A stretch of DNA of 64,000 nucleotides from an uncultured virus (IMG/VR IMGVR_UViG_3300035670_000050) (taxonomy: Duplodnaviria > Heunggongvirae > Uroviricota > Caudoviricetes): positions 1 to 64,000 of the IMG/VR virus record IMGVR_UViG_3300035670_000050. The stretch is one strand, 5' to 3'. The notes under the pieces are model-generated. The model searched no databases, was not told the origin of the DNA, and saw only the letters and a program-made list of their open reading frames with translations. Positions 43,994 through 53,775 of this stretch are shown in pieces. Each line of letters begins with the position of its first letter. Position 1 is the stretch's first letter. The position numbers were made by a program, and so were the translations under genes.

Positions 43994-45090
43994 TACCTCA
44001 AGATTTTTACGGAAAACGACCTTTTATTTGGTGGATTGGCATCGTAGAAGATGTCTTAGATCCATTAAAACTTGGCTCGGTTAGAGTCAGGATTATTGGT
44101 CTTCATTCTGAAGATAAAAAACTTGTTCCAACAAACACTTTACCTTGGGCTCAAGTAGCACTATCAACAAATGCGCCAAATACATACGCTACTCCCAGAG
44201 AGGGAGATTGGGTTCTTGGATTTTTTCAAGATGGTGAGTTTGCTCAAATTCCTGTTGTTCTAAATGTACTACCTGGAGTTGAAAGTTCTCAATCTAGTAT
44301 AGTTTATCAAGAAGCAATTCGAAGAGAAGGTTCCGCATCTAAACCAAGATCATCACAAGTTGACAGAGTTATTGGAGAACCAACTCAAGTTAGAATTACA
44401 AGAGGTGTCATGGATGGCACTTTAACAAATGCTATAAATCAAGAAAGAAAGTCTGTCTGTGATATATCACCAGAAGTAAACAAAGCAGTAGCATATGTTA
44501 GAGCCAAATTTGGTATAATTATTGAAGAGATACGAAAGGCAATTCGTGCTGCATTGAAAGCATTAGGTTTTTCTGACACAAATGGCGAAGTCTCTAAAGT
44601 TATTCAATTTGCAAAAGCAATTGCTAGAGAGATAAAATATATAACAAGTATAATTAGTGAGTTGAATGATTTAGCTCAAATACTAATTCTCTTTGCAATG
44701 AAAATAAGAGCATTGATTGATTACATACTGAGTTTGCCAGAAAAAGCAAGAAGATTTTTACAAGAATGTTTAGATAAGGCATATGCAGCACTCGCAAAAG
44801 GATTTGCAGACTTATTGACACCACCAGAAGGAGGTAGTACAATAGGAGATATTGCAGCCCTTCAAGCAGAGTTCAATAACATAGTACAGGCAAGTAGAGA
44901 TTTGTTGGCAGAGGCAGCAGAAACATTAGCCATACCAGGACAAGTTGTAGAGGCATTGGCAAACCCAGCATCACCAGAAGCTGTAAATCAAGTTGGTCAA
45001 GAAGTAGAAACATTTTTACTGAATACATTACCATCAAAAGATGATGTATTATCAGACAATACTTTTGTAATCGAATTTAAACAACACTAA
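43990..45090 (+). CDS. 5: gp5 N-terminal OB-fold protein
   Basis: WWIGIVED..DPLKLG.VRVRIIG.H...LPWA...WVLGFF.DG..AQ.P. Confidence 0.85.
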   Translation: MIPQDFYGKRPFIWWIGIVEDVLDPLKLGSVRVRIIGLHSEDKKLVPTNTLPWAQVALSTNAPNTYATPREGDWVLGFFQDGEFAQIPVVLNVLPGVESSQSSIVYQEAIRREGSASKPRSSQVDRVIGEPTQVRITRGVMDGTLTNAINQERKSVCDISPEVNKAVAYVRAKFGIIIEEIRKAIRAALKALGFSDTNGEVSKVIQFAKAIAREIKYITSIISELNDLAQILILFAMKIRALIDYILSLPEKARRFLQECLDKAYAALAKGFADLLTPPEGGSTIGDIAALQAEFNNIVQASRDLLAEAAETLAIPGQVVEALANPASPEAVNQVGQEVETFLLNTLPSKDDVLSDNTFVIEFKQH

Positions 45091-45094
45091 AATT

Positions 45095-45916
45095 ATGGCA
45101 GAGAGACCAGCAGACGATCATGGGTGGTTAGAACCAGAGTCACCAGCAAACGACGAAACACCACCACAGTATCCATATAATAACTGTACACAAACTAGGT
45201 CTGGTCATTCATTTGAAATGGATGATACACCAAATAGAGAACGAATTCGTCTACAGCATAGAACTGGTACATTTATCGAAATGCATCCAAATGGTGATGA
45301 AGTACATAAAGTTTATGGTGACGGTTATGAAATCACAATTAAAAACAAAAATGTATTGATCGAAGGACATTGTAACATAACCATTAATGGAGATTCTATA
45401 CTTCATGTTCGTGGTGACAGAATTGAAAAAGTAGATGGTGACTATAAATTAGAAGTTCTTGGTGATATGTCAACTTATGTACACAAGAAAACAACTCTTG
45501 CATCAAATGAAGATACAACTATTGCTGCAGGTTCTGCTGTTGGATTAGGTTCTATTCGACTTACTAGTGGAGACAATGTTTATGTTTCTGGTGATCTTTC
45601 TGTTGGGGGAGATATGACAGCAGACATGATCACTTCTTTGACTAGAATTGATGCTGGAACTGGAGTTAGTGCAGGCCCATTAGGATTCACATCTGTTCTT
45701 GGTGGATTGGCAATAGGGTTACCTGCAGCTGTTCCTGGTAATGTCATATGCGTTGGATTAGTAAATGCTGGTGTTTCTGTAAACTCACCTTTAGGAAATT
45801 TTGGAGTAATGAGAGCAGGTTTGATGACAGACAATGTAAACTCTAAAATTTATAGTAGACACTTCCACATAGCTCCAAAAGGAAGAACAGGACCACCAAT
45901 TGTTGGTATGGTATAA
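45095..45916 (+). CDS. gp5 C-terminal beta-helix/spike protein
   Basis: YPYN....SGH.FEMDDTP..ERI...HRTGTF.E..P.G; HxH near C-terminus. Confidence 0.8.
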   Translation: MAERPADDHGWLEPESPANDETPPQYPYNNCTQTRSGHSFEMDDTPNRERIRLQHRTGTFIEMHPNGDEVHKVYGDGYEITIKNKNVLIEGHCNITINGDSILHVRGDRIEKVDGDYKLEVLGDMSTYVHKKTTLASNEDTTIAAGSAVGLGSIRLTSGDNVYVSGDLSVGGDMTADMITSLTRIDAGTGVSAGPLGFTSVLGGLAIGLPAAVPGNVICVGLVNAGVSVNSPLGNFGVMRAGLMTDNVNSKIYSRHFHIAPKGRTGPPIVGMV

Positions 45917-45925
45917 GGAATAAAA

Positions 45926-46762
45926 ATGCCCAGTATATTTGATAGTTTAGGATACAATTACACACCTTCTGCAAACGAAGTCAGTGACTTTTCACCAGAA
46001 GTTATTAAGAGTTTAGATAGTCTGCCACCACTTTTAGAAGATTGGCAATATGAAGATTTAAAAAACAATGACATAGCAACAACAAACTATCTTGTAAATC
46101 CAGTTAAAATAGTTACTGAATCTATAAGAAGTAAATGTTTATCTATAATTGCAGCTTGTTCAGACCCAGATGATCCTGCAAATTCTGTTGGGAATTTAGT
46201 TGGTGTAAGCACTGCTGCAAATACTGTATATTCTGTTTCAGGGCCTAATTTTATAGCTCATACTGATAGAATAAGTGGTCTTGTAGAGCCAAACGAAAAT
46301 ACTTCTGATTTACCACATTATGATCTTGCAATTGGAATGGCAAAAACAGTCATGATGATTGTTTACCAGGCAGACGGAATACAGAATAATGCTCCAATGA
46401 TAGGATCTTTTACTAGTCTTTTTATTGAAGAAGAGTTGCAAGATAAGTTACAGACGATAAATAATTATCCAGAATTAATAGAAACTAGTATTGAAGAGTT
46501 TACAGAAATGGATGGTGATAATGTTATTACCTATTATGCAAGTACTTTAACTACAGAAGAGATACAAGATATAGCAAACGATATCAGTTCGATCACAACA
46601 TTATTCAATACTAGAAGAACTCATGATGAAAATTTCTATGCCAACACAACTATACTTCTAGAAAAATTTGAAGAGATGAAGAGATATAAAGATTTAGGTG
46701 AAACTGAGAATAATTTAATTAATGACTTTATAGGTACAGATAGACTAAAAGCAAACACATAA
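45926..46762 (+). CDS. hypothetical virion protein
   Basis: ORF within baseplate operon. Confidence 0.7.
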   Translation: MPSIFDSLGYNYTPSANEVSDFSPEVIKSLDSLPPLLEDWQYEDLKNNDIATTNYLVNPVKIVTESIRSKCLSIIAACSDPDDPANSVGNLVGVSTAANTVYSVSGPNFIAHTDRISGLVEPNENTSDLPHYDLAIGMAKTVMMIVYQADGIQNNAPMIGSFTSLFIEEELQDKLQTINNYPELIETSIEEFTEMDGDNVITYYASTLTTEEIQDIANDISSITTLFNTRRTHDENFYANTTILLEKFEEMKRYKDLGETENNLINDFIGTDRLKANT

Positions 46763-46769
46763 ATAATAA

Positions 46770-47174
46770 ATGGCAACAATAACTCAACTAAAAACAAGAA
46801 ATTATAGTGATTTAGACTTAAATTTCACTATTCATCCAATACGAAAAGATGTAAACAAGCATGTTGGTGAAATGGCAGTTATTAATGCTTTGAAAAATTT
46901 ACTTTTGACAAATCACTATGAGAAGCCTTTTATGCCAGAATATGGCAGTAATGTCAGAAAATTATTGTTTGAGAATCTAGACATTATTACAGCTGCAGCT
47001 TTAGAGAAAGAAATCACACAGACTATTCAAAATTTTGAACCTAGAGTTGAAGTAATAAATTTAAGTGTAACACCAAAATTTGATGAGAATTCTTTTCAAG
47101 TAGAATTGCTTTTTAATATACTCAACAGAACAGAACCAGTTTCAATAAGTTTTTTATTGGAAAGAACAAGATAG
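46770..47174 (+). CDS. 25: baseplate wedge gp25
   Basis: YSDLDL.F..HP...E.PF.P.YG...LFE...FEPRV. Confidence 0.92.
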   Translation: MATITQLKTRNYSDLDLNFTIHPIRKDVNKHVGEMAVINALKNLLLTNHYEKPFMPEYGSNVRKLLFENLDIITAAALEKEITQTIQNFEPRVEVINLSVTPKFDENSFQVELLFNILNRTEPVSISFLLERTR

Positions 47175-49232
47175 ATGGCAAATTCTAATTTAAATGTAAC
47201 AGAATTAGATTTTTCTACAATAAAGGAAAATCTTAAAAATTATCTAAAATCACAATCAGAATTTCAAGATTACGATTTTGAAGCTTCAGGGTTAAATGTT
47301 CTTTTAGATGTTTTAGCATATAATACACATTACAATGCATACTATCTAAACATGGCATTAAAAGAGTCTTTCTTAGACTCAGCACTGCTTAGAAATTCAA
47401 TTGTTTCTCATGCAAAGAGTTTAGGTTATACTCCAAAATCTAAGAAAGCATCTTTTGCTGTAATAAATTTAGAGTTTCAAGCAACAAATAACGAACCATC
47501 TAGTTTAACATTACCTAGAGGTTTTTCTTTTTCCTCAAATCAAATTGACGATGTTTCTTATGAATTTTTATTGTTAGATGATGTTACTGCAACAAAAGCT
47601 GATGGAACTTTTGTTTTTGAAAATTTAAAAATTTATGAAGGCGTTATTGGAAATTACCAATATACTTATAACATACAGACTAATCCAAAACAAATATTTA
47701 CGATTTCAGATTCTAATGTTGATACTGATACTATCAAAGTGTATGTTACAGAATCTAGTACAAACCCAACAACAACAGTTTATAATTTAGCAGAAGATAT
47801 TTTAGACATAGATTCTAATTCTCCTGTGTATTTTTTACAAGAATCCAAAGAAGGTAATTATCAAATCTTTTTTGGAAATGGCTCACTTGGTAAAGCTTTA
47901 ACAGATGGTAATATAGTTACTATCAGTTATCTTTCAACTAATTCTTCTTTAGCAAATAAAGCAAATGACTTTGTTGTAAGTGCAACTTCTGTTAGAGATA
48001 GTAGAAATGATGAGTTAATAAGATCGACAATTACAGTAGTTCAATCTTCCACTGGTGGTCTAGAAAGAGAATCTATTGATTCTATTAAATTTTATGCACC
48101 ATTACATTATGCTTCACAGAACAGATTAATAACAAATAAAGATTATGAAAAATATTTGATGCAAAATTATCCAGGTTTAGAGGCTGTATCTGTTTGGGGT
48201 GGCAATGAAGAAAGTCCACCAATTTTTGGAAAAATATTTATTTCGTTGAAAACTAAAGATAATTATTATATTTCTGAAACCGAAAAAAGAAGAATTGTAG
48301 AAGAGATACTTAAACCAAAATCTGTAATTTCTATAGAGAGTATAATTAGAGATCCTGAATTTGTTTTTGTTAAAATATTTAATACAATAAAGTATGATCC
48401 ACAAAAAAATCTTTTAACTACAGAAACATTTAAAAACAATGTTAGAACATTAGTGTTAAACTTTTTTGAAAGTAATGTGAATAATTTTAATAAGACATTT
48501 GTTCTATCTAAACTACAAGAAGAGATGAACAAGATTGATCCATCTATAATTGGTGTAGACTCTGTTCTAAGATTAGAAAAAAGATTTTTACCACAATTAA
48601 ATGTTTCTACAAATTATAAAATACAATTTAATCAATCTTTATTGCAAGGTAACATTTTAAATAGACTTATTTCGGATGAGTTTGATGTATTTGATAGTTT
48701 TGGTATTAGACGAACAGTTCAGATTGAAGAAGTTTTAGATTCTTTCTCTGGAATCTATAATATTCTTGTTTTAAATCCTGGTTCAGGTTATGTAACAGAA
48801 CCAACAGTCACAATTACTGGTGATGGTAGTGGTGCTACTGCTAGAGCCAAAATAGTAAATGGTAGAATTGAGTCTATAAGAATAACAAGTCCTGGTGAAA
48901 ATTATACAAAGGCCACAGTTACAATTAGTGGTGGTGGTGGATTTGGTGCTTCTGCTGTATCTATAATTAACAATAAATTTGGCATTTTGCGTTTAATATA
49001 TTTTAATGAAAATACAGAAAGACAGATTGTTGACCCAGAAGTAGGTACTATAGATTATGATACTGGAGAAATAAATTTATTTAATTTAAATATTTTGTCT
49101 ACATACTCTACAGATAATTTTATAAAACTAGATGTTGGAGCTGGAAATACTATAATTGAATCCAATAAAAATACTATTATAACCATAGACCCAAATGACC
49201 CTTCTTCTATTTCTACTACATTAGTAACATAA
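47175..49232 (+). CDS. 6: baseplate wedge gp6
   Basis: LDF..IK.NLK..LK.Q.EF.DYDFE.S.L..LLDVLAYNTHY. Confidence 0.93.
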   Translation: MANSNLNVTELDFSTIKENLKNYLKSQSEFQDYDFEASGLNVLLDVLAYNTHYNAYYLNMALKESFLDSALLRNSIVSHAKSLGYTPKSKKASFAVINLEFQATNNEPSSLTLPRGFSFSSNQIDDVSYEFLLLDDVTATKADGTFVFENLKIYEGVIGNYQYTYNIQTNPKQIFTISDSNVDTDTIKVYVTESSTNPTTTVYNLAEDILDIDSNSPVYFLQESKEGNYQIFFGNGSLGKALTDGNIVTISYLSTNSSLANKANDFVVSATSVRDSRNDELIRSTITVVQSSTGGLERESIDSIKFYAPLHYASQNRLITNKDYEKYLMQNYPGLEAVSVWGGNEESPPIFGKIFISLKTKDNYYISETEKRRIVEEILKPKSVISIESIIRDPEFVFVKIFNTIKYDPQKNLLTTETFKNNVRTLVLNFFESNVNNFNKTFVLSKLQEEMNKIDPSIIGVDSVLRLEKRFLPQLNVSTNYKIQFNQSLLQGNILNRLISDEFDVFDSFGIRRTVQIEEVLDSFSGIYNILVLNPGSGYVTEPTVTITGDGSGATARAKIVNGRIESIRITSPGENYTKATVTISGGGGFGASAVSIINNKFGILRLIYFNENTERQIVDPEVGTIDYDTGEINLFNLNILSTYSTDNFIKLDVGAGNTIIESNKNTIITIDPNDPSSISTTLVT

Positions 49233-49233
49233 A

Positions 49234-51645
49234 ATGGATTTGAGAACATCATTATTAGTCAATAGACAAGTACCAGAATTTGTAAGAGAGGATTATCCTC
49301 TTTTCATTTCATTTTTAGAAGCATACTATGAGTTCTTAGAGAAAGAACAATTTTATTCTAATTCTATTAGTCAAAAAAATAATTTAATAGAAGAAGCAAA
49401 AAATATTAAAAATGCTTTTGATTTAGACGAATCTTTAGAAAAATTTGAAGAAAACTTTTTTAATACATTTGCTTCATTGATTCCTAGTGAGAGTGTGTTT
49501 GATAAATCTTTTTTTATGAAGAATCTTTTACCTTTGTATAGATCGAAAGGTACACTCAAATCATTTGAATTATTGTTTAGATTACTTTTTAAAGAAGAAA
49601 TTAAAGTAGAATATCCAAGAAACAATATTCTTAGAGCATCTGATGGTAAATGGACAATTGAAAATATACTGAGAACTGAGCCTATAGTAACTAGTGTTTA
49701 CGATGCTGATCCAAATATATTAACATATTATTTACCATATGAATTAACTGAAAATCAAATAGAAGTTAGATTTGATGGCATTTTAACAAATCAATATTCA
49801 TTAAGAAAAGAATTAAAAAAAATTACATTATTAGTTCCTCCGATATTTATTGATAAAATTGAAATAAGATATTTGATAAATTTTGATTTAGATATTTTTA
49901 ATAACAGACAATTAGTTGGACAAAAATCTGGTGCTAAAGCTTTAGTTGAAAATGTTGGAAGACGAAGAATTGCTGGAGAAGATTTTTTTCAATTTTTTAT
50001 AGAAGAAAAAACTAAAGTTGGTAATTTTATAAATGGTGAAATTATAGATTGTACTGTTATTGTTGGTGAACAATTAATACCATTTAGTTTTCAAACTTTA
50101 TCTGAAGTTCAAGATATACAAATAGTAAATCCTGGAAGTAATTATGTCGTTGGTGATACAGTTAATTTTTTAGGAAAAAGTGCCAGAAAAGCAACAGGTT
50201 TTGTATCAGAAGTTAGTTCTGGAAAAATTGAAAAACTATTTGTGAAAATTGATAAAACTGGCCAAGGTTACAAAACAGGTTTAGAAATTGATGCCAATAA
50301 TTACACATCAGCTGAATTTGTAGCTGTAGTTAGTAGTGTAGACGATACCTCTTTAAGTGGACCAAATTTTATTCGTTATAACATTGATGTCATTGATGAC
50401 TATTCATCTATTAATATAAGTTCTGTTGATTTTGGTATTAAAGAACAAGAAACTATAAATTTAAATTCTATTATTTCTGATGGTTTAAATTTATTCACTA
50501 TGGATGGTTTAGGGCCTCTCTTAGATACTTTTATAGTAACTAGTCAAATACCAAATACACCAAATATTACTTTTACAATTAATGATGTAGTTTTATATAC
50601 TAATCCAGCAACCAATGATGAAGTAACAATACGAGATATTGGTTCTATAGCTTCAGTCAAAATAAACAACGGAGGCCAAGGCTATAGCGTAGGTGATGAG
50701 GTTTTGTTTGTACATAAAAGTCATTATTTTGGAAGAGGAGCCAGAGCAGAAGTCAATGCTGTAAGTTCAAATGGATCAATAACAAGTGTTAGAGTTTTAG
50801 ATGGAGGTATAAATTACAACAAAGATTATCTTCCAACAATAGTAGTTGATAGTGAAGGTACTGGTGCAAATCTGCAAGTTGATTTATTCATGTATGAAGG
50901 AGCGGAGTTTGAGTATGATGTAGATGATGGAGTGGTTGGAAAAGTATTGAAAGTGGAAATAGTCGATAAAGGAAGTGGTTATGAATCAAGTCCACTTCCA
51001 GATTTGACATTTAGTGGTAACGGTGATGCTCAATTAACATCGACAATATCTTCTTCGTATGTTTCTTTACCTGGAAAATGGACAAGTGCAGATGGCCTTC
51101 TGTCATCAGATGAGATGAGAATACAGGGAGAAAATTATTACATTGATTTTTCTTATGTTATAACTTCAAAAATAGAGTTTAATCGTTATAGAAAATTAGC
51201 AAATGATCTTTTAAATCCAACTGGTTTCATAAATTATGCTAGATATAATTTTGAAGATAATGTTGAAGTTTTAACTACAGAATCAGTATATGAAAATGTA
51301 TCAAAAGAACTTGCTGGAACTGGTTCTGTTAATGTTACTGCTGGTTCTTACACAATTACTGGAACCAACACTTATTTTGTTTTGGCAAATACTTTAGGAT
51401 TAATTGGAGAAGGAACTTACATAGTAGTTAATTCTGAAATAAGAATTGTAAATACTATTATAAATAATACAACGATAACTGTTTCTGAACCTTTTGAATT
51501 CACATCAACTAATGTTGGTTTGACGATTTATGTGCCATATCCATACTACAGAGGTGTTGTCACTGAGTATTGGAGAGAATTGGCTGCGACTACTCAGAAT
51601 AACAAACCTAATGTAATATCAACAGAGGATTCAAATGCCTATTAA
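49234..51645 (+). CDS. 7: baseplate wedge initiator gp7-like
   Basis: Q.PEFVR.DYP.F..FL.AYYEFLE...LY.SKGT..S...LFR.LF; YY..FSYVI.S. Confidence 0.75.
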   Translation: MDLRTSLLVNRQVPEFVREDYPLFISFLEAYYEFLEKEQFYSNSISQKNNLIEEAKNIKNAFDLDESLEKFEENFFNTFASLIPSESVFDKSFFMKNLLPLYRSKGTLKSFELLFRLLFKEEIKVEYPRNNILRASDGKWTIENILRTEPIVTSVYDADPNILTYYLPYELTENQIEVRFDGILTNQYSLRKELKKITLLVPPIFIDKIEIRYLINFDLDIFNNRQLVGQKSGAKALVENVGRRRIAGEDFFQFFIEEKTKVGNFINGEIIDCTVIVGEQLIPFSFQTLSEVQDIQIVNPGSNYVVGDTVNFLGKSARKATGFVSEVSSGKIEKLFVKIDKTGQGYKTGLEIDANNYTSAEFVAVVSSVDDTSLSGPNFIRYNIDVIDDYSSINISSVDFGIKEQETINLNSIISDGLNLFTMDGLGPLLDTFIVTSQIPNTPNITFTINDVVLYTNPATNDEVTIRDIGSIASVKINNGGQGYSVGDEVLFVHKSHYFGRGARAEVNAVSSNGSITSVRVLDGGINYNKDYLPTIVVDSEGTGANLQVDLFMYEGAEFEYDVDDGVVGKVLKVEIVDKGSGYESSPLPDLTFSGNGDAQLTSTISSSYVSLPGKWTSADGLLSSDEMRIQGENYYIDFSYVITSKIEFNRYRKLANDLLNPTGFINYARYNFEDNVEVLTTESVYENVSKELAGTGSVNVTAGSYTITGTNTYFVLANTLGLIGEGTYIVVNSEIRIVNTIINNTTITVSEPFEFTSTNVGLTIYVPYPYYRGVVTEYWRELAATTQNNKPNVISTEDSNAY

Positions 51646-53299
51646 AATTACGCAACTGCCAGAACTACAAACAGTAAGTTCTAATACTGCGAATAATCTT
51701 TTAGTGATGGTTGATCTTGAAGAAGAAGACGATTACTTAAAAACAAAAAAGATAACACTAGAAAACTTTCTTAAAGACTTAAGAGAGTATGGTCAAGCAC
51801 CAAATGTTTTTTATGTTTCACCATATGGTAATGATAATTTTGACGGCAAATCTTGGGACAGAGCATTTCAAACGATTGAAAAGGCTTTAGAAGTTGTAGA
51901 AGAATTAGAGATGTTGACCCTTATTGAATTAGGAGCTGGAGTATATTTAACTGAAGGTCATTTAGATGTTCCAGATGATACGATTATAAGAGCTGCACAT
52001 AGAAGTGCTGTCTTTCGTCCAAAACCAGGATTTGAAGAAAGAAATGTGTTTCGTTTAGGTTCTGGTTGTTTCTTAGAGGGGCCAATATTTGAAGATTGGC
52101 GTTTAGATGATATGGATAATCCAACTGAAGGATTTGCTGTTTCATTTAGGCCTGGTGCGGTAATACGAAGAGTGCCATATGCACACAAGATAGCAGTTAG
52201 AACTACACCAACATGGTCATTTGTAGCTCCTCCTCTAGATAGAGACCCAGAAGAAGGTGAACCAAATCCTTATGTTGGTAGGGGTGCTGGAGTTGCATTA
52301 GCGGATGGTTCTGTTTGTTCTCCTTATAGTATATTTCCTAATATTATGACATGGGGTGCTACTCCAGTTTCACATAACGGTATTGGATATTGTGCAAAAA
52401 ATGGTGGTTTAATTAACGCTGTTAATGCTGTTTGTTTATGGTCACATAGACACTTTTATGCTCTTAGTGGTGGTCAAATAATCCTATCGAGCTGTAGTAC
52501 GCAATTTGGTGATTACACAATGGTTGCCAAAGGTGTTCGTCAAATGATTGATCCCTATAAAATAGGCACGATTTCCATAACTGAAGCACAAGGAGCAGAA
52601 GCAGATCAATTAATAGATGAATATACTGAAGCTTTAATTGACAGTCTGTGGAACTCTTTAGTGTCAGAAGGATATACTGCAACTTGGAACGCCGAAGATG
52701 AAGAATTTACGAGAAGAGATGCTGCAACATTCCTACAATCTCTTAGATGGGTATTATTGACTAAAAATGAACAACCAATATTAGATTTTACTAAATCATT
52801 ATTTACAACAGAAGCTGATCCAAGTGATCCTACACCTTGGGATGCAAATACAAAACCAGTTTTTACACAAGATAAGCAAGCAGCATTTGAATATTCTTTT
52901 GAGTACTTAAGAGACGAAATAAATGCTTTGCCTGGTATAAGTGGAAATGCACAAACTATAGTTATCGATGCTGTAGACGCAATAAATAGTACATTACAAA
53001 ATCCAAAAAGAATACTTGAACCTTCTACTATAACTGCTATAGGTCATACTTGGAGTGGAGTAATGGCAGGTGTTGCATTAACTAAGATACCTCCTGCCAA
53101 AAACTCTGCTAAAATACAAGATAGCATACTTGAATTAGAAAGAGGATTAGTTATAGCAAGTGGACAAGACGATCAAGGTTCTGCAATATTTGTTGGGGGA
53201 TTAGAAATTAACGCTGACACTGGTGAACTTTCTGGACCACCATTTATTTCTGCGGTAAATAGAATCGCAACAAAAACAGTCATATCAAGGAGTTTTTAA
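51635..53299 (+). CDS. virion protein with beta-helix-like domain
   Basis: IKITQLPEL N-terminus; FYVSPYGND.FDG.SW..AF.TI.KA. Confidence 0.65.
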   Translation: MPIKITQLPELQTVSSNTANNLLVMVDLEEEDDYLKTKKITLENFLKDLREYGQAPNVFYVSPYGNDNFDGKSWDRAFQTIEKALEVVEELEMLTLIELGAGVYLTEGHLDVPDDTIIRAAHRSAVFRPKPGFEERNVFRLGSGCFLEGPIFEDWRLDDMDNPTEGFAVSFRPGAVIRRVPYAHKIAVRTTPTWSFVAPPLDRDPEEGEPNPYVGRGAGVALADGSVCSPYSIFPNIMTWGATPVSHNGIGYCAKNGGLINAVNAVCLWSHRHFYALSGGQIILSSCSTQFGDYTMVAKGVRQMIDPYKIGTISITEAQGAEADQLIDEYTEALIDSLWNSLVSEGYTATWNAEDEEFTRRDAATFLQSLRWVLLTKNEQPILDFTKSLFTTEADPSDPTPWDANTKPVFTQDKQAAFEYSFEYLRDEINALPGISGNAQTIVIDAVDAINSTLQNPKRILEPSTITAIGHTWSGVMAGVALTKIPPAKNSAKIQDSILELERGLVIASGQDDQGSAIFVGGLEINADTGELSGPPFISAVNRIATKTVISRSF

Positions 53300-53301
53300 T
53301 A

Positions 53302-53772
53302 ATGTCTAGAATAACATGCCGTACACCTTCAACAGGTAAACCACTAAACGCAATATATGAGAATGTTCCAACTACATTTACGCCTTTAATTGAAGCCCCA
53401 GATTTTTCTGTTCCAGATCCTTCTAATTCTTTACCAAATAGAGACCCATTAGATGATTCTAGAGCAATAAGACCTGGTGAAGTTTTCTTACTGACACCAA
53501 TGTATGCTAAAAATAAACATGCTTCAAATACAGTAAGTTTAGAGGTCACATTTCAATCTGAAGAGGGCGCTAATATAGAAATTACTTTAGTGAATATTCC
53601 TAAAGGCGAAACAACTTTAGTTCCATTACAAGGAAGAAGTTTACTTAAAAGAGATCCTGATTCTGCAAATGGAGACATGATCTTAATTAAAGCACAAGAA
53701 TCAAATTCAATAGATGTTTGGGTTTCTGCTGAAGAGAAATTATCCAGTGAACACATTGGAGTGGAGTCATAA
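53302..53772 (+). CDS. hypothetical virion protein
   Basis: Operonic ORF. Confidence 0.7.
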   Translation: MSRITCRTPSTGKPLNAIYENVPTTFTPLIEAPDFSVPDPSNSLPNRDPLDDSRAIRPGEVFLLTPMYAKNKHASNTVSLEVTFQSEEGANIEITLVNIPKGETTLVPLQGRSLLKRDPDSANGDMILIKAQESNSIDVWVSAEEKLSSEHIGVES

Positions 53773-53775
53773 CTA

